DNA from: an uncultured Ignavibacteria bacterium
Lineage (GTDB): Bacteria; Zixibacteria; MSB-5A5; CAIYYT01
NCBI GenBank assembly: GCA_964468475.1
Contig: CAYXUL010000001.1
Span: forward strand, 150,439 to 214,438
DNA: 64,000 nucleotides
Reading direction: 5' to 3'
Shown in pieces: positions 1 to 9,138 of this stretch (its first letter is position 1; each line of letters opens with the position of its first letter). The notes under the pieces were generated by a model. The model saw only the letters and a list, made by a program, of their open reading frames with translations, was not told where the DNA came from and searched no databases. The translations under genes were made by a program, and so were the position numbers.

Positions 1-650
1 GTCGAGTCGGAGTCTGCTATTACGCCTGATTTTTCAGCAGCGGAGGCGAATTCCTCGAATTCGATGTTGCCTTGAAGATCTTTCTCGCCCTCCTTGTGAG
101 GTAGAACTTCCGACAATTTCGGCAGCTGCGTTAGATCTGATATGCCAAAGTATTCCAGGAACTTAGATGTTGTAGCATAAAGTAGAGGTTTACCGATTCG
201 CTCCGCCCTGCCAGTCGGTTTGACCAGCTTGCGTTCGAGCAAAGTCTGTACTACCCCGTCAGAAGATACTCCGCGAATCTGCTCAATTTCGCCCTTGGTG
301 ATTGGCTGCTTGTAGGCAATTATCGCTACCGTCTCAAGACCTGCAGGAGTCAACCTTCTTTCCCTCTCGACTGAGAAATACTTCTCTACTTTCGAGGCGT
401 AGTCCGGGAGAAGGTAATATTGATAGCCTTCGGCGATTTCCCGAATTCTGAAGGCGCGATTGTCGGCGTCGTAGCGCTCATTCAGGTGATCGATGATGCT
501 CTTGATTCCGCCCTTGTGTCGCGATTTCAGGACTTTCTTAAGGTCCTTGAGCGGCATCGGTTGCGGAGACGAAAACAGCACCGCTTCGATCAGATTCACT
601 TCTTCTTCATTATAATTTACACCCGCTTGATCAGTCGAGTCGGATGACAT
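1..650 (-). CDS. scpB: Segregation and condensation protein B (ScpB); C-terminus cut by window edge
   Basis: Not in the ORF track because no stop lies inside the window. The reverse complement from 650 reads MSSDSTDQAGVNYNEEEVNLIEAVLFSSPQPMPLKDLKKVL...ETVAIIAYKQPITKGEIEQIRGVSSDGVVQTLLERKLV, a typical ScpB winged-helix pattern. The ATG at 650-648 overlaps the scpA 3' end (stop 631-633) by 20 nt. Confidence 0.85.
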   Translation of the reverse strand, partial: MSSDSTDQAGVNYNEEEVNLIEAVLFSSPQPMPLKDLKKVLKSRHKGGIKSIIDHLNERYDADNRAFRIREIAEGYQYYLLPDYASKVEKYFSVERERRLTPAGLETVAIIAYKQPITKGEIEQIRGVSSDGVVQTLLERKLVKPTGRAERIGKPLLYATTSKFLEYFGISDLTQLPKLSEVLPHKEGEKDLQGNIEFEEFASAAEKSGVIADSDS

Positions 651-1398
651 ATATCTCTCCAAAATGCTGATGTTGTTTCGCAGTAATTCGTTGAAGTTTG
701 ACCAGTTCGAGCAGGGCCAGAAAAGTCACGACGTAGTAAAGCCGATGCTGGTTCTCTTTGACCAGTTTCGTAAGCGAAGTCTCCTTTTGGTTCTCGAGGA
801 CGGCCAGGATGTAGTTGACTTGTTCGTCGATCGAGATCTCGTAATTCTCAACCTCGTGATGCGGCTGTTCGGCAGCCATCTTCATGACGTCGTGAAAGGC
901 CCGCACCAAGTCGTACAGAGACGCATCGACTGTGAAGTGCTCCTGCACGGAAGGGCTGAGGTACGAGAAATCACCGCGCCTGAGAATTTGTCGCTCCTTT
1001 ACCTCCATGATCGCCATTTTCTCGGAGGCTTCCTTGAAACGTCTGTACTCCAGCAGAGCCATAATCAATTCTTCGCGCGGATCATCATCTTCACTCATCT
1101 CGCCGGCGTGTTTAGGCATCAACAAGCGAGCTTTGATCCGCAGTAGCGTGGCAGCCATCAGCAGATATTCGCCGGCGACTTCAAGATTCAGTGCCTGCAT
1201 CATCTCGATGTAATCGAGGTATTGCCGCGTGATCTTGGCGACCGGGATGTCGTAAATGTCGATTTCCTGATTACGGATAAGGTAAAGCAAAAGATCGAGC
1301 GGACCTTCAAAGCCTTCAATCTTGACTGGAAATGACTGCTCTTCCGTGAGTGGCTCGATATCGTCGTAGAAATTCTGCGTTGTCTTGTCTTGTGTCAT
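631..1398 (-). CDS. scpA: Segregation and condensation protein A (ScpA, kleisin)
   Basis: The 255-aa ORF contains FEGPLDLLLYLIRNQEIDIYDIPVAKITRQYLDYI and EYLLMAATLLRIKARLLMP, which are characteristic of ScpA. It overlaps trpS by 4 nt and sits upstream of scpB. Confidence 0.9.
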   Translation of the reverse strand: MTQDKTTQNFYDDIEPLTEEQSFPVKIEGFEGPLDLLLYLIRNQEIDIYDIPVAKITRQYLDYIEMMQALNLEVAGEYLLMAATLLRIKARLLMPKHAGEMSEDDDPREELIMALLEYRRFKEASEKMAIMEVKERQILRRGDFSYLSPSVQEHFTVDASLYDLVRAFHDVMKMAAEQPHHEVENYEISIDEQVNYILAVLENQKETSLTKLVKENQHRLYYVVTFLALLELVKLQRITAKQHQHFGEIYVIRLD

Positions 1399-2372
1399 CT
1401 CAGGTGCATTTTCTCCCTGACCAGTGCCATTGTTTCCTGGGCGCGGGCGCGGGCGCGGTTGGCGCCGTCATTGAGAACATCGTTGACATAATCAATGTCC
1501 CGCTCCAGCTCCCGTCTCCGGGCTCTGATAGGTTCTAACGCATTATTAAGGTTTTCGGCAAGAGCTTTCTTATCAGCGACACATCCCAATTCTCCGCTGC
1601 GGCAGGTGCGATCGATCACCTCAATATCTTCTTTTGAAGTGTAGAGCTGATGCAGCGCAAACACCGGGCAGATTTCGGGGCGGCCAGGATCATTCTTGCG
1701 CAGCTTCTGCGGATCGGTAAACATCTTCTTGAGCTTGGCGGCAGTCTCTTCCGGCGTCTCGGCGATAGTGATCTCGTTGTTGTAGGACTTTGACATTTTC
1801 TCACCATCGATGCCCGGCACGACGGGCGCTTTGGTGAGCTTGGCATCCGGCTCGGGAAACACTTCGCCATAAAGATTATGAAATCTGCGCGCTACCTCGC
1901 GAGTCAGCTCGATATGCGGTAGTTGATCTTTACCCACCGGCACCCAGTTAGCGCGATAGAGAAGGATATCTGCCGCTTGTAACAGCGGGTAGCCGAGGAA
2001 ACCGTAGCTGTCAAGGCCAAGCTTATCCGCTTTCTCCTTGTAGGAAGGCACCCGTTCCAGCCACGGTGTTGGGGTTATCATGGAAAAGAGCAAGTGCAGC
2101 TCGGCGTGCTCCTTCACCTGCGACTGAATGAAGATGGCGCATTTCTCAGGGTCGAGACCTGCTGCGAGATAGTCGATTGCCATCTGGACGATCTTTTCGT
2201 CCAGATCAGCGGTGTCGTTGAAGTCTGCCGTCAAGGCATGCCAGTCGACGATACAACAGTACATATCGTAGTCGTCTTGCAGCGCGACCCAGTTTGCCAG
2301 CGCCCCCTCCAGATTACCCAAATGGAGGCGGCCCGTTGGCTGCATCCCCGATAGAACTACTTCAGTTGCCAT
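1395..2372 (-). CDS. trpS: Tryptophan--tRNA ligase
   Basis: The 325-aa ORF has a class I aaRS N-terminus (SGMQPTGRLHLGNLEGAL), a KMSKS motif and a typical TrpRS length. Confidence 0.95.
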   Translation of the reverse strand: MATEVVLSGMQPTGRLHLGNLEGALANWVALQDDYDMYCCIVDWHALTADFNDTADLDEKIVQMAIDYLAAGLDPEKCAIFIQSQVKEHAELHLLFSMITPTPWLERVPSYKEKADKLGLDSYGFLGYPLLQAADILLYRANWVPVGKDQLPHIELTREVARRFHNLYGEVFPEPDAKLTKAPVVPGIDGEKMSKSYNNEITIAETPEETAAKLKKMFTDPQKLRKNDPGRPEICPVFALHQLYTSKEDIEVIDRTCRSGELGCVADKKALAENLNNALEPIRARRRELERDIDYVNDVLNDGANRARARAQETMALVREKMHLR

Positions 2373-2389
2373 AAATTCCTTATCACTGC

Positions 2390-2902
2390 CTATCCGAAAA
2401 ACAAATACTTATTCCACACTTCGTCACCCTTACCGATCGACTGCCGGATAAAGGTCAGGTGACTGGGTTTGCGCGGCCGGTTCAACAGCCTCATTCCCGC
2501 CTGCTCAGGCGTGCGATTGCCTTTCTTATTGTTGCAGCGATCGCAGGCGCAGACCAGATTCTCCCAGTTGTCATCCCCGCCGCGAAGCCTCGGTACCACG
2601 TGGTCGACAGTCATCACGCCCGACGTGGTTCCGCAGTACTGGCAGCGGCCGCCATCGCGTTTGATGACATTCTTGCGGTTCAGCATTACCTGGCGATATG
2701 GCACACGGGCATAAAACTCCAAGCGCACGATCGAGGGCTCATCGTAAGCGCGCGAAACGGAGCGGATCTTGTGGCCGTTGCGAGTTTCCACCATGGTCGC
2801 CTTACCAAGATACATCATCACGATCGCCCGTTTCACACTGGTGACGATCAGGGGCTCATAATTCTGGTTCACTACCAGGACTCTGTTAGTCAATACCTTC
2901 AT
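2390..2902 (-). CDS. HNH endonuclease family protein
   Basis: The 170-aa ORF has CQYCG...DHVVPRLRGGDDNWENLVCACDRCNNKKGN, an HNH/zinc-finger core. It lies 17 nt upstream of trpS on the same strand. Confidence 0.85.
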   Translation of the reverse strand: MKVLTNRVLVVNQNYEPLIVTSVKRAIVMMYLGKATMVETRNGHKIRSVSRAYDEPSIVRLEFYARVPYRQVMLNRKNVIKRDGGRCQYCGTTSGVMTVDHVVPRLRGGDDNWENLVCACDRCNNKKGNRTPEQAGMRLLNRPRKPSHLTFIRQSIGKGDEVWNKYLFFG

Positions 2903-3061
2903 GGTGTCACATCAATTTTAGCCTTAATACTACTGGTTGAAAATACGGCTGTCAAACTAAAATGTACCTCGATAATTGATAAATCAGCCCACTGCAGTGC
3001 GTTCCCGCAAATGCGAAAAAAGTAATTGTGCAAGCCGAGGCTAATTGTCAGATTCGACTGC

Positions 3062-4015
3062 ATGAGCAGCAGGAGAGAAGCGAAGGAGCAAAAAACGCAG
3101 CCACGCATCAAGTATCGACGTATGCGCGAGAAGGATCAACTTGAGGCGGAGCGGATGTTCTTGCGTTCGCTCAATCATCTGCGCAATCAGGCGAATCTTC
3201 CGCCAGTCAAGACCAAAATCACGCAACCGTCTCCGCTGCTGCTGCATTTTCTCCGTACCGACCCGGAAGGACATTTCGTGGCAGTGAATGAGAAGAATCG
3301 AATCGTTGGCTATGCCAGCTCGATAGTGCGGGAGTTCGAGTGGTTCCTGGCGATGCTCTTTGTAACGCCCTCTTGTCAGACCAGTGGAATTGGCCGCAAG
3401 TTACTTGAGCGGGCGATGAAATATGGTGAGAAGGCAGGCTGTACCAGATTGGCGCTGGCGACGTTTTCCTATAATCCGCAGGCGATCGCTGTTTATTCCA
3501 AGCAGGGAATGCCGCCCAATGCTGCCGTACTGATGCTCAGCAGAGGCGAAAAGACGGGTCGGCGCGGAAAGCTCAAACCTGAGTTGACGCTGAATATGAA
3601 CGAGGTCACCGACGAAGGCAAGCTAGGTCGACTGAGTGATCTCGATCGCAAAGTTCGTGGAATTGCGCGCCCCGAGGAACATTTTTTCTGGCTGGGGAGT
3701 GAGGGTTACAAAACATTTGAATTCCGCGATGGTCGCAAGTTCGCGGGGTATGCCGTCATGAGCAAGACAGGTCTCATTGGCCCTATTGCCACCACTAAGC
3801 CGGAGTATCTTGAACCAATTCTGGTTCATTGCCTCAATAGCAGTCCCTTTCCGGAGACGGCGAGAAATGTCATCTTTGTCCACGGCGAACAGAAGCGGCT
3901 GTTACAGACTCTCTTAGGTGCCGGCTTCCGGATCGAGGAAGTGACACTGGTTATGGCATCGGAGAGGTTTTCTGATCCAATGCGGTATCTACCGGGCACT
4001 CTCGCACACTATTAA
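3062..4015 (+). CDS. GNAT family N-acetyltransferase (two-domain); start uncertain
   Basis: The ORF track gives 3026..4015 with a TTG start. An acetyl-CoA binding-like motif is present (QTSGIGRKLLERAMKYGEKAGCTRLAL...NPQAIAVYSKQGM). The ATGs at 3062 and 3122 are alternative starts. Confidence 0.7.
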   Translation: MSSRREAKEQKTQPRIKYRRMREKDQLEAERMFLRSLNHLRNQANLPPVKTKITQPSPLLLHFLRTDPEGHFVAVNEKNRIVGYASSIVREFEWFLAMLFVTPSCQTSGIGRKLLERAMKYGEKAGCTRLALATFSYNPQAIAVYSKQGMPPNAAVLMLSRGEKTGRRGKLKPELTLNMNEVTDEGKLGRLSDLDRKVRGIARPEEHFFWLGSEGYKTFEFRDGRKFAGYAVMSKTGLIGPIATTKPEYLEPILVHCLNSSPFPETARNVIFVHGEQKRLLQTLLGAGFRIEEVTLVMASERFSDPMRYLPGTLAHY

Positions 4016-4172
4016 TTTCCCCCTAATTTGGAATTATCTAAGAAGTTATGCGGACGCTCCCGATGTCAAACCGTATAAGAACCGTAACAAAACTGCGTGG
4101 GCGGCATTGGCTTGTTGACGCTTCCCCCACAAATTGGAACCGAATTAGTCCTGACTGGTTATTACGGTAAGA

Positions 4173-5498
4173 ATGCGCTTTCACTTAACACTCATAGCCG
4201 GTGCGTTTGTGCTGGTGCTCAGCCTTGGGCAGTTACTGGTATTTCGCACCCTTAACTCAATCTGGTGGCACCGGAAACCGCTGCGGCTCATTTCGCTGGG
4301 GCTGGTAGCATTTACACTTGTTGCGGCTGTGCTCTGGTCGCTGTCGAGCTATCTGCGCGAGTACACTCTTAGCTATGTATTCGCTACTGCAGCCTCTCTG
4401 GCCGCGATTTTGAACCTGGCGCTGCTCGTATCACTGCCGCTGTCAGGCGTTATCAACACGACCTACTATTGGTGGCAGCGAATTCGTGCAAAGAATAAGA
4501 ACACCGCCAGCGAGGCACACTCTGATGAAAGCGCTGTGATGGTCAAGCCGGAAGAGGTTCAGCCTGAGGCTTCCCCGCGCAAGCAGCGTGTATCGAAGAA
4601 CCGACGCCTGGTGCTGCAAGGAGCGGCGGCAATCTTCCCGGTGAGCGCGGTGGCGCTGGGCAGTGGCGGCATGACCGAGGCCTTCGCCACGGCGAATGTC
4701 CGCAAGAAGGAATTCTACTATCCCAACTTGCCCGATGATCTCGACGGACTCAAGATATTCCACGTCAGCGACAGCCACCTGGGGCCGTACGTCGACAACG
4801 ACGATATGGAAGCGCTGATGCTGCGCGCTGAGCCGTACAAGCCGGACATCGTCGTGTACTCGGGGGATGTCGCCGATGACCTGCGCATGTTGCCGGGGTG
4901 TATCGAGCTGGTTGAAGGATTGAAGGCGAAATATGGCGCCTACGCCTCAATGGGCAACCACGACTACTATCGTGGCGCACCGCAGGTAAAGGCACATTTT
5001 GCACGCAGTTCGATTCCGATGTTGATAAATGAGGGCGTGCACTTGAAGATCGGAAAATCGGAAGTTTACATCGGCGGCGCGGATGATCCCCGCAGAATTG
5101 GCGTTCCCGTCTGGGGATTTCTGAAAGACACTGTCGAGCGCACACTTGCTGGTGCGCACAGTGATGCTTTCAAAGTAATTATGACCCACCGCCCCAACGG
5201 GTTCAACTATACAGCGCAGCACGGTGTCGAGCTTACCGTTGCCGGTCACACCCACGGTGCTCAGATTGGTTTTATGGGACGATCAGTCTTCAGCGAATGG
5301 GGAGGCGAGCGCTATCTTTGGGGAGAGTATCGCATCGGGGCTTCGCGTCTTTATACATCAAGCGGCGTGGGACACTGGTTTCCGTTCAGACTGGGGTGTC
5401 CTACCGAGGCTCCAATCATTGTACTGAGAAAAGGGAAAGATCCACATCCTGCCCAATTTCTGGACGTCAGCAAAATCTCCAGGCAAATTACAGCTTGA
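4173..5498 (+). CDS. Membrane-anchored metallophosphoesterase (calcineurin-like)
   Basis: The N-terminus has several hydrophobic helices. The metallophosphoesterase motifs FHVSDSHLG, SGDVADD, GNHDY and AGHTHGAQ follow. Confidence 0.8.
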   Translation: MRFHLTLIAGAFVLVLSLGQLLVFRTLNSIWWHRKPLRLISLGLVAFTLVAAVLWSLSSYLREYTLSYVFATAASLAAILNLALLVSLPLSGVINTTYYWWQRIRAKNKNTASEAHSDESAVMVKPEEVQPEASPRKQRVSKNRRLVLQGAAAIFPVSAVALGSGGMTEAFATANVRKKEFYYPNLPDDLDGLKIFHVSDSHLGPYVDNDDMEALMLRAEPYKPDIVVYSGDVADDLRMLPGCIELVEGLKAKYGAYASMGNHDYYRGAPQVKAHFARSSIPMLINEGVHLKIGKSEVYIGGADDPRRIGVPVWGFLKDTVERTLAGAHSDAFKVIMTHRPNGFNYTAQHGVELTVAGHTHGAQIGFMGRSVFSEWGGERYLWGEYRIGASRLYTSSGVGHWFPFRLGCPTEAPIIVLRKGKDPHPAQFLDVSKISRQITA

Positions 5499-7587
5499 GG
5501 CCCGTGCTAAGCGAAGCATCATCTTCTGCCAGGTGAAATTCGCGCGAGGCCAATCTCGCCCGGGTTCGCTTTAGCGCTATCTCATTGTGCCGGCACTCGG
5601 TTAGGGCTTGGATGGCGGAGGTAATCCGCTGCGCCTGTTTCTTTATCACTTGCAGATTTCGGTTGGCTTCACTGTCACTGTCCCCTACTGACTGCAGCAG
5701 AAGTTCGCTGCGCGCCATGATTGAGGTTAGCGGTGTGGCCAGCCTTCGCGGCAAATCTGCAAAGATCTCTCCGACACGGTAGTTAGTCTCGAAGCTGTCA
5801 AGCCGTTCGCGCAGCTCGTGAGCAATCTGCCGGCTCGGTTCCTGCGCCAGCACCTGCGCGGCAATCAACGCAATCCCCTGCGCAAGCTTGATATCGGTAA
5901 GCGTGAAGCTGCGACGTGAATGATCTCTTACCTCGCTGATAGTGATCACACCTGCGACGGCGTCGCGCGACATGATGGGAAGGATCAGGGCGGATTTCAT
6001 TTGCGGACAGCTGGTCAGCCCAACTTCGTGATCATCCATGCGAAATTCTTGATCCTGCTGGCTTACGACCATATATCGGGCTTTATCCACGACTTTGTGA
6101 TGCCACCTCGTCTCAGCCAGTGGAACCGGCTGTGCGACTCGCACCAGAGCTGCAATCGATTTGGCCTGAGCTCGCGCTACCGGCGTGATTGTCTGGTTCG
6201 CGTGATCGCAAGTCCAGATTTGACAAAGGGAGGCCGGCAGCTCGGCGACCAGGCAGTCAGCGAGCACCTGCAGGCCATGTTCAGGTGTTCGCGCTTGTGA
6301 CTGGAGCTTCAAAGCATTGCCAAGCTTGAGAAAGTTGCGGCTGGCCAGATCGAGTTCCCGCTTGAGATTGTCAGAACGAATGATCGGAAGTATCGCCGCA
6401 GTGGCTTCTTCAGCGATGACTTTGGCGTCTTCGTCTGCAATCTTACGTCCGGAACCGGCCAGCGTAAGGACTGCATCGACGCAATTCACATTCCCCAGCG
6501 GAATCGACAGCGACCACTCGGCGCCACAAGTTCCGAGGAAACGCAGATCGTCATGTTTGGATTCAGCGAGATTGCTGCAGCGACGAAATTCCATTGAGCT
6601 GAACAACTGCCTCATCTCGGTGACCCCGGCGACAACTGAGCGGTCAAGTTCGTTCAGGAGATTACCGTTGGGCCCGAGACAGTACTGGCGAACGATTGAG
6701 CCGCGAGCTTCGAATACACCCAGTCGCAGTATTTCAAAGCCTGCGAAGCAGTGCAGCGCAGAGTAAAGAAGCGGTACAGCCTGCTCGAGACTCTTGACTT
6801 CATGCTGGTCATGTGCCAATTCTCTCAGTCTCTCCCGAAGCTCACTGTTGCGGGACTCCTCGATTACTTCTGGCAGACCGTCGTTTGTCGGACGTACGTT
6901 GAGTAATCGCGTAAGCCTCTGCAACAGTTCCACATCGTTCACGGAATCGCCCTCTCTCTCAATCCAGTCAAGGGTGACAACACCCCAGACCGGATAAGAC
7001 GCGGATACGGGCAGCAGCGCGCGCGCATGCTTCTGATTCGAAGCAAGCGGAGTCAGGTACACACAGGTCCCACTCTGGAGAATGCAAGCGTGTTCTTCGC
7101 CGTAGGCTTCCTCAGCTTCGGAAATCGAGCCAATAACACGGAATCTACAAAGGGAGTGCGCAAACAGCGCTCTCAGTCCTGCCTGGAGTTGGTCGACCAG
7201 CCGCTCGTAGCCGCGTGGCAGTCCCGCCAATTGGGGAGCAAGCTCCAACAATTCATTCTTCTTTTCGAGTCGGTAATACTCGCTCCTCGAATCGACCAAA
7301 CGCTTCAGCCAGGTCACTAGTGCCGAGATTACGAAAATTCCACCGCCCACCAGCAGCACCGTATCAATCAAGAGCCAGGCTTCGTCTGACATGGTCAGAT
7401 CCCAACCCATAGCCGCAAAAGTTAGTCGAATCACCTTGGAAGCCACCAGACTGATCCAGAGCAAGGCTCCGAACTGAAGGGTATTGTAAATATCAGAGTC
7501 TGCTTGCAGATATGTAGATTTGGCACGATAGGTGAGATAACTCAGACCGATCAGTGCCAATATGATCAGGTACAGGACGATTGCCAT
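5488..7587 (-). CDS. Membrane GAF-domain sensor with degenerate HisKA/DHp-like C-terminus and no ATPase domain
   Basis: The 699-aa ORF has about 4 N-terminal TM helices and GAF-like central regions. The C-terminal FADLPRRLATPLTSIMARSELLL aligns to the HisKA H-box (SHELRTPLTsI) with His replaced by Arg (codon 5746-5748). No HATPase_c motifs follow. Confidence 0.7.
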   Translation of the reverse strand: MAIVLYLIILALIGLSYLTYRAKSTYLQADSDIYNTLQFGALLWISLVASKVIRLTFAAMGWDLTMSDEAWLLIDTVLLVGGGIFVISALVTWLKRLVDSRSEYYRLEKKNELLELAPQLAGLPRGYERLVDQLQAGLRALFAHSLCRFRVIGSISEAEEAYGEEHACILQSGTCVYLTPLASNQKHARALLPVSASYPVWGVVTLDWIEREGDSVNDVELLQRLTRLLNVRPTNDGLPEVIEESRNSELRERLRELAHDQHEVKSLEQAVPLLYSALHCFAGFEILRLGVFEARGSIVRQYCLGPNGNLLNELDRSVVAGVTEMRQLFSSMEFRRCSNLAESKHDDLRFLGTCGAEWSLSIPLGNVNCVDAVLTLAGSGRKIADEDAKVIAEEATAAILPIIRSDNLKRELDLASRNFLKLGNALKLQSQARTPEHGLQVLADCLVAELPASLCQIWTCDHANQTITPVARAQAKSIAALVRVAQPVPLAETRWHHKVVDKARYMVVSQQDQEFRMDDHEVGLTSCPQMKSALILPIMSRDAVAGVITISEVRDHSRRSFTLTDIKLAQGIALIAAQVLAQEPSRQIAHELRERLDSFETNYRVGEIFADLPRRLATPLTSIMARSELLLQSVGDSDSEANRNLQVIKKQAQRITSAIQALTECRHNEIALKRTRARLASREFHLAEDDASLSTGLKL
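5593..5769 (-). other. Degenerate DHp/H-box segment (His->Arg) of the GAF sensor
   Basis: PRRLATPLTSI compared with the consensus SHELRTPLTSI. The CGA (Arg) codon at 5746-5748 occupies the phospho-acceptor position. Confidence 0.55.
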
Positions 7588-7693
7588 ATAAGCTCCCCTG
7601 CTCCTCTTTCTGCCAGGTTATTCTGCCTCTTACCTTTATCGGAAATCGACACGGAAAATTAATGACTCAGGGTCAATCTGAAACAAAGCTGGG

Positions 7694-8548
7694 TCAGAGA
7701 AGCTTGGGTATCTCGGATGGCGGATAGGCACCGTCGGGCAAAAGGAACGTTGTTACCAACTCTGAAGGTGTTTTTTCGAAGAGAGAGGCGCGCTCTGTAT
7801 CTGAACTTTGCTCTCTGAAGCGGGCTGAGACAAGTTTGGTCTTATCTGCGACGACATAAAACGGCATGGAGCGTTTAGCAGCCCCTCTTGCCAGCTCTAG
7901 CGTGCCAACCTTGTTCACGAAATACTCTTCCGAAATCCAATCGGCGCCGACGACAACTGCAACCGCCTTGGGCAGCCACTGTGAGGCATCCGCGTCAGGG
8001 AAAGTAGTGACTGAATATCCCTGCTGAGACAACTCCCTGGCAAGTTTCAGGCCCTCCCTGTCAGGTTTGGCTTCGGAAAGGAAGAGATTGACATTTTTAG
8101 CAACGGCTGCGAGAACAGCGCTCTTAAGCGTGCCGGAGTAGCTGTGGAGCATGAGGGCGTCACAATGCGCTACCAGCGGTTTCATGATTTCAGCAATAAG
8201 CGGAACCGCAGAGTCCACCTCTCGCTCCAACTCATCGAACAGATCCATCAGCGATTGTCTTTCGGGAGCAGGCTCGACGAGCTGGTTGATTCGACCTGCC
8301 AGGTAGTGAAACGGCGCCATTTCAGGGCGAACCTGTGACACTGCCTCTGCCAATGAGCGGAAGTCTATCGATTCTGGTGGTTGGGAGTTCAGGTACGCGC
8401 TCAGGGTCGCAAGCAACGCTCGGTAGAGCTGCGAAGCACCCCGCTCGCGGTCTGATTTGATTGGCTCAACGAGCTCTTGCCACGAGGTCACGGATTTTCT
8501 TGCTGTTTTTGAAATGAAGTTTGGCCACTTTGCGAAGGTCGGCATCAT
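7694..8548 (-). CDS. eIF-2B alpha/beta/delta-like family protein (short form); start unresolved
   Basis: YSGTLKSAVLAAVAKNVNLFLSEAKPDREG...VVVGADWISEEYFVNKVGTLELARGAAKRSMPFYVVADKTKL matches the eIF-2B/MtnA/R15P-isomerase Rossmann core. The track ORF runs to 8707 but overlaps the upstream RNase H gene. Candidate starts are ATG 8581 (GGAGG 11 nt upstream), ATG 8548/8545 and GTG 8491. Confidence 0.65.
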   Translation of the reverse strand: MMPTFAKWPNFISKTARKSVTSWQELVEPIKSDRERGASQLYRALLATLSAYLNSQPPESIDFRSLAEAVSQVRPEMAPFHYLAGRINQLVEPAPERQSLMDLFDELEREVDSAVPLIAEIMKPLVAHCDALMLHSYSGTLKSAVLAAVAKNVNLFLSEAKPDREGLKLARELSQQGYSVTTFPDADASQWLPKAVAVVVGADWISEEYFVNKVGTLELARGAAKRSMPFYVVADKTKLVSARFREQSSDTERASLFEKTPSELVTTFLLPDGAYPPSEIPKLL

Positions 8549-9113
8549 TATTCGTCTGCACAAATCGGCTGCCTGTTTCATCGACCGGAGCGCCTCCGCC
8601 CTTGGGAAAGGTGAGTCCCCATTTACGCGAGAGCTGATCGAGAGCACGCAGGAATTCAGCACGCGCCAGGATCGAAGCCGCCGCCACAGACATTTCCGAT
8701 TCGCCACGCACCTTCTGCTCGACCTTGACGGCGCGGGCCTTTTCCATCAACGCCCGTTCCAGCACGTGGCTTTTTGCGAATTGATCGCTGATAACCCGTT
8801 CGGCATCAACTTCATCCAACAGATTCTCGATCGAGCGAGCATGCGCCCAGGCAAGCAGTTTGTTGAGATTCCCTATTTTCTCGTACAGTTCGTTGTACTT
8901 CTCGGGCATTATCGCCACTATGTTATGCGGAATCAGTGCCTTGAGTCTGCCGGCGATGGTAGAAATGCGGGCATCGGTGATCTTCTTGGAATCACGAACA
9001 TAGAGCTCCTGAAGCGTACTGAAGTGTTCCGGAGCCACAGCCGCTGCAACCACGACCAGCGGGCCAAAGAAGTCTCCCTTGCCTGATTCGTCGACGCCAA
9101 TCGTATACATCAC
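8466..9113 (-). CDS. Type 2 ribonuclease H with RNase HIII-like motifs, lacking an N-terminal domain
   Basis: The 215-aa ORF has GVDESGKGDFFGPLVV, RDSKK and ESEMSVAAASILARAEF, the type 2 RNase H catalytic motifs. DESGKGD is the HIII-style variant. Confidence 0.8.
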   Translation of the reverse strand: MMYTIGVDESGKGDFFGPLVVVAAAVAPEHFSTLQELYVRDSKKITDARISTIAGRLKALIPHNIVAIMPEKYNELYEKIGNLNKLLAWAHARSIENLLDEVDAERVISDQFAKSHVLERALMEKARAVKVEQKVRGESEMSVAAASILARAEFLRALDQLSRKWGLTFPKGGGAPVDETGSRFVQTNNDADLRKVAKLHFKNSKKIRDLVARAR

Positions 9114-9138
9114 TTGAGATGATCTTGAAAATGCGCTA

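Noticed and set aside
2459-3025. A 188-aa plus-strand ORF opposite the HNH endonuclease. Similar cases are 8457..9086 opposite RNase H, 52908..53462 and 53511..54071 opposite mtnA, 664..1146 opposite scpA, and 420..647 opposite scpB.
   Set aside because: These are shadow ORFs. The opposite strand carries diagnostic catalytic motifs in each case.
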